Positions 48,680-61,377 of a stretch of DNA of 64,000 nt are shown here, one piece after another. The notes beneath the pieces were generated by a model that saw only the letters and a program-made list of their open reading frames with translations, did not search any database and was not told the DNA's origin. Both the position numbers and the translations under genes were made by a program. Positions within the stretch are counted from its first letter, which is position 1. Every line of letters begins with the position of its first letter. The DNA is from Emiliania huxleyi CCMP1516 (taxonomy: Eukaryota): NCBI RefSeq assembly GCF_000372725.1, contig NW_005201403.1, positions 186,001 to 250,000 of the forward strand. The letters are read 5' to 3'.

Positions 48680-49465
48680 GCCTCTGCGCGTCCTGGGGAG
48701 GTACCAAATTGTCGCCGCCGGAGACGACTCGACGCCGCTGAGATCGGAGATCAAGCTCTGACAGGTCGCACGTCGCTCCTTTGACGCCGACGTGACTCAA
48801 CCGTGCAGATCACATCAGGACACGGTCTCGACGCGCTCGGTACGACGCCTGCGACCCGTCTTGGGTCAGGTGGCACGACGCTCATCGCGCCTGCCAGGGC
48901 TGCCGTGCAGGTTGCCACGACGAGGTCGAGCACGCTTCTATACGCTCGCCCAGCCTTCCTTTCCATCCCATTAGGCAGCCTGGGAACGGTGGCGGCCAGA
49001 GGCAAAGCCTACGAGGGTGGTGGAACCACATGTCACGGCTACTGCCGGCTCGACCCCACGATAGCCTCCGAAGGCTGACTTTGCGGCACCATCATCGGAC
49101 GATGTCGACGAGTTGGGTCGCTCTCGCGGTAGCCAGGTAGCCCCCCATACTAGTAGCACCGGCCATGGCCGCAGGAAGCTCGGGGGAGGGCGCTGGGAGC
49201 AACACGGAGCTCCGTTGGACGCGTTTTCAAGATTAGCGTGTCAGAGTGAATTGGAACTAGCCATACCAGGTCGGTTGTGAGCGGGTCCGGGGCGTGAAAC
49301 GGAACTTTACCTTATTAAAGTTTAAAGTAGGTTGTCTGTTTTAACTTTTATTTAGAGCCCCGTAGCCCCACACGGCGCTCGCGGCTCGGCGGCGGTGGTT
49401 GTTGTTGCGCTTACGGAGCTTTGTTTCGGACCACGCTCGAACTGCAGCATACGGCGCGCTCAGGG

Positions 49466-49909
49466 AGGTTTCGGAAGCCCGCATGAAATGCGGTCAGTTC
49501 CCCCCAGGTTTGACTGCGTAGGTCGCGGAACTCGTTAAGACTTAAGTACGCGTGCCTTTCTGCGGACTGCGCCTCCGTCTGCATATCGGCTGCCGTGCTC
49601 TGCGGCAAGAGTTGTCTTTCCGGAAGATATCGACGATTTTCGAGAGCCACCCGCTTGGGAGCGATTGAGCGCGTCACGGAGGACTTCAGGTTACCCCTGA
49701 AGCTCCTCTGGCGATCTCGCTCCCCATCGATCTCTTCTTGCCGTACGGCTCGGTTCCTGTTGCTGGCACAGAGCTCCGTGCCAGCCTCCCTCCAACGTGA
49801 TGGGAAGGAGTGAATCACTTCGACGGATCGACCAAAAGTGGTCCTTCGCGGTTTGGTCCCTACTCGAGTAACCAAAAAAGCACGATTCTGAAGTTGGGTG
49901 GGCCCTCAG
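49466..49909 (-). repeat. Dispersed repeat family, inverted copy C
   Basis: Reverse complement of about 19217-19564, joined to the reverse complement of 18878-18910. Confidence 0.8.
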
Positions 49910-50141
49910 TCAGGGCCCTCAGCGCTCATGAGCTTCTCGTGGCAAAACCTCAACCAGGAGTGTCGATGGGATTCTTTTGTGGTCTGCCGGTGTGTGTGCC
50001 AGTCCGCCAAAGAAAGAAAACACGCGGCAAGGGAGGGCCAGTCCCAGAGCATTTGGCCATTTTTGTGTGTCTCTCGGCTCACAAGCCATTGGCCGTCAGG
50101 TACTGTCTACTGAGCGCGCAGCTGGAGGTGGCGCGGTCCGA

Positions 50142-50921
50142 ATGTGGAAGGTCCAGTCGGAAAAATACGCGGTCGAATTTGCGCCGACCACGGCATTGCC
50201 CTTCTCGCTGGGCCGACTCGACGGCATGCCTCGCTGCGTCTCGCGGCAGCAGGCCACGCTCGAGCCCGCTCCTGACGATGAGGCGCGACTGCTGCTCACT
50301 TCGCGCGGCCACGCTGAGACGGGCGTGCGCACGAGCAACTCCTGGATCTGGCTCCGGAAAGGCGAGTCGGCAATCATTGCGAGTGGGTCGGAGATCGCAC
50401 TTACCTGCGGCGTGCCTCCCAGCCGTTCAGTTCAAAAGCCCGAGGAGCCGCTGGAAAACGTAGTGCTCAAACTCGTTGCGTTACAGTCTCCTCAGGCAGC
50501 CATGCCGCCACCAGCCCGCTCGCCGGCCACCGGCAACGCAGCCTCGCGCACGGAACCACGGTACAATGCGTGGGGTTCTCCAATCCGCTCGGACGATGAC
50601 GACGAGGAGGAGAAGGATTCGCCGCCAGCGAAGCCCCCGCCGCCCGAGTGTCCGTGCGGCGCCGGAAGTTTCGTGGAGAAGCTCTCCCGGAGTGAGAAAA
50701 ACTACAATCGCCGCTACTACGAGTGCCCTCGCCGCTACATCGCTGCCGGTTGTCCCAAGAAGCACGACTTTGAGTGGGCCGATCTCTGGGTCGACCACGA
50801 CACTGCAGAACGGCGGAAGCGGTCGAGATCGGTGTCTCAGAGCAGCAACGGCCGGCGGGATCAGTGCCACCGCTGTCTGCGCTTTGGCCACTGGGCGAGA
50901 GACTGCCGCATGCGCTTTTGA
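50142..50921 (+). CDS. FHA-like + zf-GRF + CCHC zinc-knuckle protein
   Basis: FHA-like LGR...VSRQQATL. GRF-like CPCG...SRSEKNYNRRYYEC...FEWAD. Knuckle CHRCLRFGHWARDC (CX2CX4HX4C). Confidence 0.8.
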   Translation: MWKVQSEKYAVEFAPTTALPFSLGRLDGMPRCVSRQQATLEPAPDDEARLLLTSRGHAETGVRTSNSWIWLRKGESAIIASGSEIALTCGVPPSRSVQKPEEPLENVVLKLVALQSPQAAMPPPARSPATGNAASRTEPRYNAWGSPIRSDDDDEEEKDSPPAKPPPPECPCGAGSFVEKLSRSEKNYNRRYYECPRRYIAAGCPKKHDFEWADLWVDHDTAERRKRSRSVSQSSNGRRDQCHRCLRFGHWARDCRMRF

Positions 50922-51817
50922 CGCGCTTCACAAAGGCGTCGGGTCGAGGGAGACGCCACATGAAAGGCACACGGCCAGAAGGCAGTGCGCGGTTGTGCGG
51001 AGTGCTCCCCTGGGTGAATGGGCGCACGAGTGAATGGGCGCACGAGCCGCGGGGGGAGGAGCGGGCGAGGATACGGACTCCAAGCTCGAATCACCCGCGC
51101 TGCATGCACAAGAGGATCAAGGGAAGACCGCCGGGGAATATGGTCTTCCAGTTTCGGGTGCTGGCCTGCGTGTCTCGTGCGTGTCATATCGGCCGGGGGC
51201 CTCGGTGTGCTCACCGCCGGCTTCGCTCCCTTTGGCGGCACCGAGGAGGGTGCACTCACTCCTCAACATACGGCCCTGCGCGGTTAATAAATGAAAACGG
51301 TCAAACTCTCAGACGAGATTGGATACTTCTCGTGCGTGTAGAGGGATCGCGTCACAACACGACACAGATGAGTAGAGTCAAGAGTGGTAAGTGTTGTACG
51401 GCATGGGGCGCGGCTACTGGCAGTACAGAGTACTGCGAGCACCGGAGCAGGCGCACATCGCTTACCCTTTTACACCTCATTCCGCGGCATTTTTTCGAGG
51501 AAAATGTAAATGATCCTTGTCTACTTGGAGCTACATGAGGATTGAGGTCATGTCTCATGGCACATATATAGGAGACCCTGGTGGCTGGTGCTGGTCGATT
51601 CTCCAAGATATTGAACTTAGTTTGGGTTTTGTATATAGCCGATTTGCGATTTCCCCATTCGATTTGGTTTTGCTCGCTCCCCGTAATGCGTAAAGCCGTA
51701 GTGCCGAGGGCCGAGAGAGGAGAGTCTCTCTCGCTCTTCACATGTCTGTCCTACACGTGAGACTCAATAAGTACATCATAGTACCACACGCTCGCTCCCT
51801 GAGTGTGCACAGCGGGC

Positions 51818-54800
51818 TTACTTCAGCCACTTTTGGAGGAACGAAAAGACCCGCTGCTCCATATACACGCGGTCCTTGAGGCTGCGCGGCGAGTGCCGCT
51901 CCTTGGGGAAGCACAGCAGCTCGTAGCTCTTCTGTGCCTCCACCATCGCCTGCGTCAGCCGCGCCGTGTGCCGGAAGTGCACGTTCTCATCCATCAGTCC
52001 GTGCACGAGCAGCAGCGCGCCCTCGACCCCGTCGACGTGGCTCATCACCGAGGACCGCTCGTACGCCTCCGGCGCGGACTGAGGCGTTCCACCCATGTAC
52101 CTGCGCGCGAGACAGGGGCGCGGAGGCGGGCAGCCTTCAGGGCGTGGAAGCGGGCGGGGGCTCAACGGCGCGTCGTCTCGAGGCGCGCACCGCTCCGTGT
52201 AGTGCGTGTCGTAGCCGTCCCAACTCGTGACGGGTGCGCCAGCCACGGCGCAGCGGAAGGTGGACGGCGCGCGCGCGAGGCACATGGCCGAGAGGTAGCC
52301 GCCGTACGACCACCCCATGATGCCGACGCGGGCGGGGTCGGCGAGGCTCTGTGCGACGGCCCACTCGACGGCGGCGACCTGGTCGTCCACCTCGAGCCTC
52401 CCGAGGTCGCCCTTGATCGCCCCCTCGAAGGCAAGACCGCGCCTGCCGGGGCGCAGTGGCGGGGACGACTCACGGGGGCGAGGCACGGGGCGGTGTCGCG
52501 CAGCGGGGCGTAGCGGTGGCGAGCCCGTAGCGGTGGCGAGCCTGTCGGAGCCGCGGTTGTCGCACTTGAGGACGAGGAAGCCCTGCTCGCGCAGGAACTG
52601 AGCGCGCAAGTCGGCGGTGGCGAGGCTCCAGCCGTTCTGCACGTACTGCACGTGCGGCCCGCCGTAGCAGGAGACGACGGTGGGGTGCGGTCCGTGACCA
52701 AAGATCGACTCGTCCGGCTCGTAGACCGCCGCCTGCCCAAAAGTTCCGGGAAGGGTCCTGGAGAGGTCTAGGAGGCGCCTCGCCGTGCTCGCAGACCGCC
52801 GCCTGCAGCGTCACGGCGCCGTCGCTCGAGGGGAAGGAGACGAAACGCGGCGGCCGCAGGACCGCGCCGAGCGACGCCACGCGGGCGTCTGCGGCGCGGG
52901 CCGAAAACAGCACCTTCTCGGCGGCGGCGGGACGCGCGGAGGATGCGGCTGGCTGCGGCAGCGCTGCGAGTGCGGCGGCGACGGGCTCGCTCGCGGACGA
53001 GAAGGAGTCCACGAATGCGGAGTGGTCGTGCGAGAGGGCGATGCCTGGGCGGTCAGCCGAGCGCATCAGCCAGCCAGGAGGATGAAGGGGAGACGCGTCC
53101 GAGAGGGGTGGGCACCGGAGTGAAGGCCAGCCTGCGCGGTCAGTCTCTCTGGCGAGGGGTCGGAGCCGTCGCATCTGACGCGGTAGAGGTGGCGCTCCTA
53201 CTAGCACATCGTTAATTCACACAGCACCCATCAGCCATTGGAGACGTGACGCGGCAGAGGTGGCGCTCCGTGTACTCGCCCGCCGCCAGCGGACCGCCGT
53301 CAGGCGCGGTGCGTGGGTTGCCCATGAAGTAGACGTGTCCTCGCTCCTCGTCTACCGAGAGCAGCTCCTCCACACACCACTCGCCTACAGGGAGACCTGG
53401 GGAGATGTGGGGAGATGCGGGGAGGCAGAGCGGCTCCTCCGCCGCCCGACCAACCGCTCGTCAGCGCGCGCAGGCAAGCGCCGTCTGCAGAGTGCACGTA
53501 CAGGTGGCGCCAGCCTAGTCTCGGCTGATCTCGGCTGACCTCGGCTGATCTCGGGGAGTCGAGACGTGCAAGCGGCGCAAACCCGTGCGCTCCGACGCCC
53601 ACACCAGCTCCTCTCCGCCTAGTCTCGACCGATCTCGACCGATCTCGACCGATCTCGGCTGACCTCTGGCAGCCAATCTCCGCCCGCTCGCCGCCCAGAG
53701 GCGCCAGCATGTCGTGCAGGTTGACCCAAGTGTCAGACTGCTCCGTGAGGACGGTGCTTACGCGCCCCGTCGCTGCGTCGCACCGCAGGAGCGCCAGCGA
53801 GCGCTGGTCCCGGCTCTCGACCTGCGGAGTGTCATTGGTGTGAATGATTTATTACCTGTTATGCAGAGTGGGCCGAGGAGGCGAGAGGAGGCCGAGAGGA
53901 GGCGAGAGGAGCCGAAGTGAGCCGAGAGGAGCCGAGGTGAGCCCGAGAGGAGCCCGAGAGGAGGAGGAGGAGCGGGCTGCTGCGCCTGCACGAGCAGCGA
54001 GCTTCCCCCGCAATCCCACTGCACGCGGGCGAGGTAGCTGTCTGCCCCAAACGGGCCGGACAGGTCGAACCACGTCGGCGCCTCGCTCGGCGCCGCCTCC
54101 TCGCCCACGTCCGCCGCGCCGCCGGCCTGCACCAGTCCGAGCCGGACCTGTTGGGGGGGGCGGCCGGTGAACCGTGGCACTGGCTCGTGGCGCGTGGCGG
54201 GCGGGCCGGCGGGCGGGCTCCTTTGGGTTTGCTGCGCCCGCGAAGGGGTAGTGGTGCTGCTCGTTTTGCTCGTGCGGCGAGTCGACGCCCGCGTTCATGA
54301 TTGCGAAGGGGGGGATGTGAGACTCGTCCACCTGTGGCGGGTCCAGTCACCAGTCAGCCCAGAGAATCCTTCGACAGGACGCGAGGGCCAAGGGGAGCTC
54401 CTCTGCCCGCCTCCTCAAACGCAACCAGCGCCCCGCCGCCCGGCGAGGGCCAGTAGCCGCTGTACCGGCTCATCTCCTCCTGCGCGCAGTAGTCGGCAAG
54501 CCCATTCGACCTCCCCTCCTCCCCGCGCGCGCCGAGCGTGAGGCGGCGCGGCGCGCACGCGTCGGCGGCGGAGCCAACCTCGCAGGCGCAGACCTCGCCT
54601 AATCTCGGCCGATCTCGGCTGATGTCGGCCGATCTCGGCCGACCTCGGCCGATCGGCCACCCTCGCAAGCAGGTCCTCACCCCCCCAGACGAAGAAGCAG
54701 CGCGCGCCGTCGTCGGACAGCTTCGCGTCGAGGAGCGGGCCGGTCCCGACCTGCAGGACACGTCCGGGACATGTCACGATCCGGCGGTGTGTATGCATGC

Positions 54801-55399
54801 GAGGAGCCGGCCTGAAGTCGACCTCGGGAAAGGCGTCTGGGTCGAAGAGACGACGAAGGCTGTCTGCGGAGCCCTCTGCGACGCCGTCCTGGCAGCAGCG
54901 AGGTTGGGCTGAGGCGTGGCGAGAGGGCAGCGACTCGCACCCTCCTCTCGAGGCGCGCCTGGACAAACAGAGCGCCGTCCATCGGCACGAGGAGGCGGCA
55001 GGCGTTCTTCGCCCAGCTGTACTCGGTCACGCCGGTCGACATGATCCTCGCCCGCTCGCGGCGCAGCGCCTCCTCCTTGGAGAAGCTCTTCTCCTCGCCA
55101 GAGCCCTCGCGTGGAGCGATCACCAGCGACGTGCTGCCCGTCTCCCGGTCGTAGACGTAGAGCTGGCGCGTCAGGCTGGCGGCCTCGACGCTGCCGAGGT
55201 AGGTCACGTACCGGTCGTCTGGCGAGAACTTCACCATGCTGAGCCCCTGAGCGCCAGGCCTCGGGATCGCTGCCACCTCCTCAAAGGTGAGGACGGATGC
55301 GGTTGAGAGCTGTGGCACGAGCGAGGCTTGCGGCTTGATCCCGACGGTCATCGCCCGCCCGACGGCGACGAGAAGCGCAGCTGGCAAGCGGCGTTGCAT
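51818..55399 (-). CDS. Dipeptidyl peptidase IV / DPP8-9 family (peptidase S9B), multi-exon
   Basis: GWSYGGY nucleophile, [11 protein letters not shown] and FPKERHS complete the triad. Also [34 protein letters not shown] and [10 protein letters not shown]. Confidence 0.95.
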
Positions 55400-55966
55400 T
55401 TCCAGCGAGCCGAGGCAAAAAAAATGCGATGGGAGTCCCGGATGGCGCGTCCAAATCCTGCTCGTGCAGGTGGGGACCCTGTCCTCGTCGCATCCCGCGT
55501 TGGCGTGTTTGTTTTCTTTCTTTTACTCACACGGGACTGAAAAAAGAATATTACCACGCAAAATCCAGGGCGACGATCGGTGTCCCGGGGGCGGCCGTCA
55601 TGTGGCGAGGAGGGAGGACGACAAGTGCGCGTCGTACGGGTCGCTCTTCAACTTCATCGGCCAGTCGCGTTACGAGTGTTTGAACCAGTCACTTCGTCGT
55701 TGGGAGGTGGGTCTAACCCCACCGTCCCTGCCGACGAGCCTGGGTAGTGCACGCGGGAGCGATCGCACACCCTTTGTTGACTCGTTACTTTTTCGAATAA
55801 TAAACGCTATCACATGCTAAAGCGCCACACCTCGTGGGACTGATGTTTTCGTAAACGTAGTCGTGGCCCCCCGCTAACGTCGCACGAGTGCAACCGGTAG
55901 CTCGTCTCTTGATCCTCTTCTTGATTGCCATACAAACTCTTGCGTGCCGCGGGCATTACAACATAT

Positions 55967-56746
55967 TCAATGCCACTGTACTAAGGCTACAGTGCATTCC
56001 TCACGCTGCTTTAACAACCACTTGAACGTCTCAGACGCATTCACAGGCAATCCTAAAGCTGGCATTGCGTGCCACTCCACAGCAAGGATATCGAGCCCGC
56101 ACACAGCAGCTGGCTGTGTGACAATGACATGCCGCAGCACTTTGTACTCATGGCCTTCAATATCCAACTTGACGAATACGAAATCGCTCGCATCTACAAT
56201 CTGTGCGAGGAACGACGTGGCATCCATTGTGTGCACCGTTTTTGGCACGAAACCCTTGCTGTCAGAGATAGCGACCTGGCTGTTACTATGCCATCTTCCC
56301 TTCGCATCTTTGTAATGTTCCGCTTTTGAGCTCTCGAGGCTTGCATCCACGCCTGCACCCTGCATTTCAACGTATAAAGTACGATTTGTGGTGCTGCTCA
56401 CGCTCAATGCAGTTCCAACGAACAGCTTCACGTGGTAATCCCTGGAAAGTCGCTGCTCATACAAACTCAAGCGAGTGCTCCATCTTGGGTTTGCCTCAAA
56501 GCCATAGTAGCAGTTCTCCCGAGGCCGTGATTTACATTTGTGTAAATTACGGGACTGCTTCTGGGAGAGCCGGTCAAGCGCTGGATCCCGCCACCATTTC
56601 ATCAATGAGCTGCCATCGTTCAGTCCAACGTCGACAAAGGTGCATTTACAGCGGCAAACGCCGAAATATTTTTCATGCAGCGTTGATGAACGCATGCACG
56701 AACCAATGGAGAGTAAGGTCATGACCGAAGTAGGCATCCGTTGCAA
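55967..56746 (-). CDS. FkbM-like SAM-dependent methyltransferase
   Basis: FVDVGLNDG, YGFEANP and FVFVKLDIEGHEY. The true start is uncertain. Confidence 0.7.
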   Translation of the reverse strand: MQRMPTSVMTLLSIGSCMRSSTLHEKYFGVCRCKCTFVDVGLNDGSSLMKWWRDPALDRLSQKQSRNLHKCKSRPRENCYYGFEANPRWSTRLSLYEQRLSRDYHVKLFVGTALSVSSTTNRTLYVEMQGAGVDASLESSKAEHYKDAKGRWHSNSQVAISDSKGFVPKTVHTMDATSFLAQIVDASDFVFVKLDIEGHEYKVLRHVIVTQPAAVCGLDILAVEWHAMPALGLPVNASETFKWLLKQREECTVALVQWH

Positions 56747-57594
56747 CGACCTGGCGGGAGCGGGCTAAAAGCCCTGTCTCGCCCGAGTCCTGGGAAAGTA
56801 TAGTAAGTTCGTATCGGAAAGGAATTTTACCTGTGCACAAGAGAATTTTACGGATAGAGAAGTGAAGAAGTCCTCCAGCACAAACGCGACCGTGCTAAAG
56901 CATGCGATGGTCCCACCCATCCACGCAAGGAGCCAGTTAGAATTTTACAACAAACGATCGCTCCTCATCGCAAACCCCGTCAGCAGTCCTCCTCCGGGAA
57001 TGTACGTAAGAGCTACATACACTGACAAAACTCCCTCGCACGACACTGGGCACGGAGCCAGTTAGAATCGTTACCAAAGAAAGTCGCCCGACCGAGGCCC
57101 ATCCATCCATGTCCGTCCGCGAGCCCCCAGCTCGCCGACGGCGAGAGAGATGCCACGAGGGGTCGCGGTGGCGTCCATCGCCAGGCTCCCTAGCTCAACC
57201 GACGACCCTCGTGCCTCGGGATCGACGGCCGATCGTCATCAGACAATGAGGTCGAGAACCGCATCGGCGGCCTCAGCAGCGTCTGCAGAGAGCCGATCAG
57301 ACTCGGGTCCACGGTGAATGTCAGGTCTGCACTAGGCTCACACACAAGTCAAGGTAGATCTAAATACCGGGGGAGGTATTTCCTATGCTTCACAGCCTTG
57401 TTATTGAGAAGAAAATACGTCCTACTTCACACCTGGCGGACGGGACTGCGCACACCGTGGCGCACACCGTGGCGCACAAAGAAACGTGAACAGGCCCCAC
57501 TGCCACTCACCTTGGGTGGTGCAGGTTAGGACTTCCGCGGCGCCGCTCTGGGCGGCGGGCTGAGCCGATCGTAGCGGCGAGCCTCGGTCGAACG

Positions 57595-59650
57595 ATGCAT
57601 GAGGCCCGTCACGGACAGCCGCTGAGCAGTGAGCTCCTTCTGCTCGTGGGCGCCGGCGAGGGCACGCCTGTGCTGCCGGCATCGGGCGAGCAGCAGCGGC
57701 GCCCGATCGGCGTGGTCCTGGCGGACGAAGCCTCTTCCGTGGCCGCAAAGCCGGCCGCCGGCTCACGCTGGTGCTTCTCCGACGCGGTCGAGTCCGACCC
57801 GGCCGGCCGCGACTTTGCGCGCTCCACCGACTGCTGCACGCTCCGCTGGACGCCTGCAAAGGGCCGTCACGCCACTGCGACCCGCGAGATCTCGCGTGGA
57901 CGCGTGCTTCTGCGGGCCTCGGCTGCGGCAGTCGCCAACACGGCTGCGAGCGGCGCGGCGACGGCCCTCCTCGCGGAGTCGTCGGGGCGCGACGGCGCGG
58001 CGGCCTCTGCGGACGCGCAGCGCGTCGGGCTGGACGCGTCGACGCTCGCTCTCTCGCTCGAGCTCTTGCGGTCGGGTCGCGAGGCGGCCGAGGAGGCGGC
58101 GGGGTCGCTGCTGACGCACCGCGAGCACCTATCCGCCGCCGAGGCGGAGGCGTGGGAGCGCACCGCCCAGAGACTGCGCTCGGCTGCGGCCAGCTCTGGT
58201 GGCTCTGGTTGCTCTTGTGCGTCCGGCTGGAGTGATGAGGCGGTGCTGCGGCTGCTGCTCGCGGTGCACGCGAACGCGCACCCGGTCCTCGACGACGCGA
58301 CGGCGAGCCGGACGGTCGGGCTCGGCCTCTTCCCCGCCGCCTGCCTGCTCAACCACTCCTGCGCCCCGACGGGGGTCCTCTCCTTCGAAGCCGGCGGCAA
58401 GGTCCTCGTCGTGCGCGCGCTGGTCGACTTGCGGCGCGGGCAGGAGGCGGCCAGCTCTTAGACACCTCCTAGACACTTCCGAGACCCTTCCTGGACAGTG
58501 CAGGAGGCGACCAGCTCTTAGACACCTCCTGGACACTTCCGAGACCCTTCCTGGACAGTGCAGGAGGCGACCAACTCGAGGCCTCGAGCCGCAGCTCCTT
58601 CCTGAGGACGTGCATCACAGGGTCCGCCACTGGCGAGCAGGTCACCTACTCGTACCTCGACGAGCCCCACCTCTTCGCCCCGTGGCGGCAGCGGAGGGCG
58701 CTCCTGCGCGCCGCACACCGCTACGAGCCCTCCCAGCCTCGCAGCAGAGAGGAGAGCGAGGCGGCGGCGCTCTGCCGATCGCGCCTGCCCGCCGCCGCGC
58801 TGGGCGAGCCGGCGGATGAGAACGCGGCAAGGTGCTGGACCCTTCCCTGACCCTTCCTCGAGCCCTCCTCAGGCGAGCTCGAGGCGGAGGTGCGTGCTCT
58901 CTGCTCCGAGGCGGCCGCCGCGGCGGAGGAGGCGGAGGAGGCGGCGGCGCGCGGCGACGGGCCGCTCGCTCCGTCGGCGGAGGAGCGGCTCGGGTCTGCC
59001 TGCGAGGCGGTGCACTCGCTGCTCGAGGGGAGGCTGCTGCAGGCGGCGCCACCCGGCCCCGCTGGACCGGACGTAGTTGAACGAGTCAGACCGTACTCTC
59101 GTGCAGCAGGCGGCCCGCGCCCGCCGACTGCGCCTACGAGGCCCGGTATGAGCATCTCCCGGTATGAACATCTCACCCCGTCGCTCTCGTGTCGCAGGCG
59201 GCGCACCCGGCCCACTGGCTCGCGCACGACTGCCTCGCCGCGCTCTCCCGCGCCGCGCGCGCCCTCGGCGACCCGGAGCGGCTCGCACACGCGTCGATGC
59301 GATGCCGGTGGCATGTCCATGACGTGTCCGAGACGTGTCGACAGGAGCGGCTCGCGTACGCGTCGATGCGGCTGATCGCCGCGCGGGAGCAGGTGATGCC
59401 CCTCGGCACGCCCGGCCTCGCGACGCTGTACGCCTCGCACGGCTCGGCGCTGGTCCGCCTCCTCCGCGCGGGTCGCTTCTCGGCCGCCGGCAGCGCAGAG
59501 GCCCTCGGGCAGGCGGAGCAATCCCTCGCGGCCGCCTGCAGCATCCGCGCGAGCTGCCTCGGCGACGAGCACCCGCTCGTGGCCGCCACAGCCCGCGCGC
59601 TCGCCGACGTGAGGCAGCGCCGGAGGCAGCGCGCGGGGGGCGCGACGTGA
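57595..59650 (+). CDS. SET-domain (SMYD-like) methyltransferase with helical/TPR-like C-terminus, multi-exon
   Basis: KGRHATATREISRG, GLFPAACLLNHSCAP, VRALVDLRRGQE, VTYSYLD and CLGDEHPLV. The start is approximate. Confidence 0.85.
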
Positions 59651-59856
59651 CCAGAGAGTTTCCATTCCTTCTTTTGCGACCGCCGCTGAGCGCTGTGAGG
59701 TGTGAGGTGTGTGGCGCGCAGCTGCGGAGCGTGCGGCCTGCGGCCGGTGTGTGCGGAGCGGATCGATTTCTTTACGATTGAACGTTCTCTCTCTCGACCG
59801 CCCGCAGTCGCACGCCGTCTCCCTCAAGGCACACAAAAGAGGGGGGGTTTCAAGCA

Positions 59857-60863
59857 TCAGACCGCATTGCGCATACCGCCGCCGGCTCCGTCTGGCTCTG
59901 CGACTGCGTCTCTGTCGCGCTCTCGGTCCTTCCTCTTCTCGCGCTTCCTCAAAGCCTTGTTAGCTTTCTTCAGCTCCTTGGCCAACTGGGGCGCAGCCTG
60001 CGCCTCCGCCTGCTTGGTCCGCTTCTTCTCGTCCCGAAGCAGCAGCACCTCCGCCCGCGCCTTCTCCTCCTCGCTCAGGCTCTCGCGGTCAGCAGCGTAG
60101 CGCTGCAGCAGCGACTGATTGATCTCGCGCTTCCACTTCTCACTCTTCTCGAGCAGCCTGCGCCGGCGGCTCTCCTCGTCGCTCTCCTCCTTCTCGTCGC
60201 CAGGCTGCCGCCGCCGCTTCTTCCCCTTCTTGCGTTGCTGTCTCGCCGCCTCTGCTCCCGCCGCCGCCCCTGCTCCCGCCGCCTCCTCCGCCGCCAAGGA
60301 GGAGGAGGGACGACTGGCCGCATCCACGTCACTCAGCCGGCCCACGTCGGCAGCGCACCCAACCACCGTCTTCTCGTCGTCCTCCGACTGCCCGCCGCTC
60401 GGTGACTCGTCCTGTGGGAGCGCCGGCGGCGGCTGCGGCGGCGGTTGCGGCGGCGGCGGCTGCACGCACCGGATGCGCCGGGTGCGGCCCGTCTTCCGGT
60501 TCCGCTGCCAGCTCTGATGGAGGTCGACCGAGTAGCTGAAGCCTCGAGCCTCGTACTCGCCGCGGCCGCCCGCTTCTGCGTCCGAGATGGCGGCGAGCAC
60601 GCGAGCGTCGGCAGGCACCCACCCGCCCTTGAGCTCTACCTCCCACCGCGGCGCCGGCACCGCCGCGGGAGCAGCCGCCGCCACCGCGCGCGCATCGGCA
60701 GCCGGGTCCGTGTTGGGCTGGAGCGTGGCGGGCTGGAGCGTGGCGGGCTGGCAGGCGCTGGTTGGTGGCTGGCCGTGGGCGGGCAACGCCGGCGCTCCGC
60801 TCGTGGCAGCAGGCTGTCGGCCATCGACGCGGGCAACGCTGCCACCACTGCCGCCAATACCAC

Positions 60864-60905
<42 letters not shown>

Positions 60906-61377
60906 CACTCCCCTCCCTTCCGGTGCCCACTCCTGCACGCTGAGGAGAGCGGGTTGCGACAGAGCCACGCGCGGCGTTTGCAGCGCAGACGGGGCAGGGC
61001 GGCGACTGCGGCTGCGTCCAGTGGTCGAAGAGCCGCTGGGCACACGCCCGCTGGCTGAGCGAGGCGGCGTCCGTGATCTGGTGTGCCAGAAGCGTGGCTC
61101 TCACAGCGGTCACCGGGAGCCTCTTCGAGTTGAGGAAGGCGAGCACGCGCGCCGCGACCAAAGCGTCGTTCTGGAACCGGCTCAGAGCAGGGTCGGGCTT
61201 GCCCCACACACTGTTGGTCGCCTGCTGAGCACAGCGCGAGCGCAGCGCGTCGCCCTTGATCCTCGGGTGGGACGTGTTCGAAAGCTTGGAGTAGAGGCGC
61301 TTCGCCTCCTCCTCCCCCTCGATGTGGCGGCACACATCGCCGAACCACAGGTGGAGCTGTTTCAGCAGGATTGTCAT
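59857..61377 (-). CDS. WWE-domain protein with low-complexity linkers and basic coiled-coil tail
   Basis: RWEVELKGGWVPAD...YSVDLHQSWQRNRKTGRTRRIR matches the WWE pattern. Confidence 0.7.
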
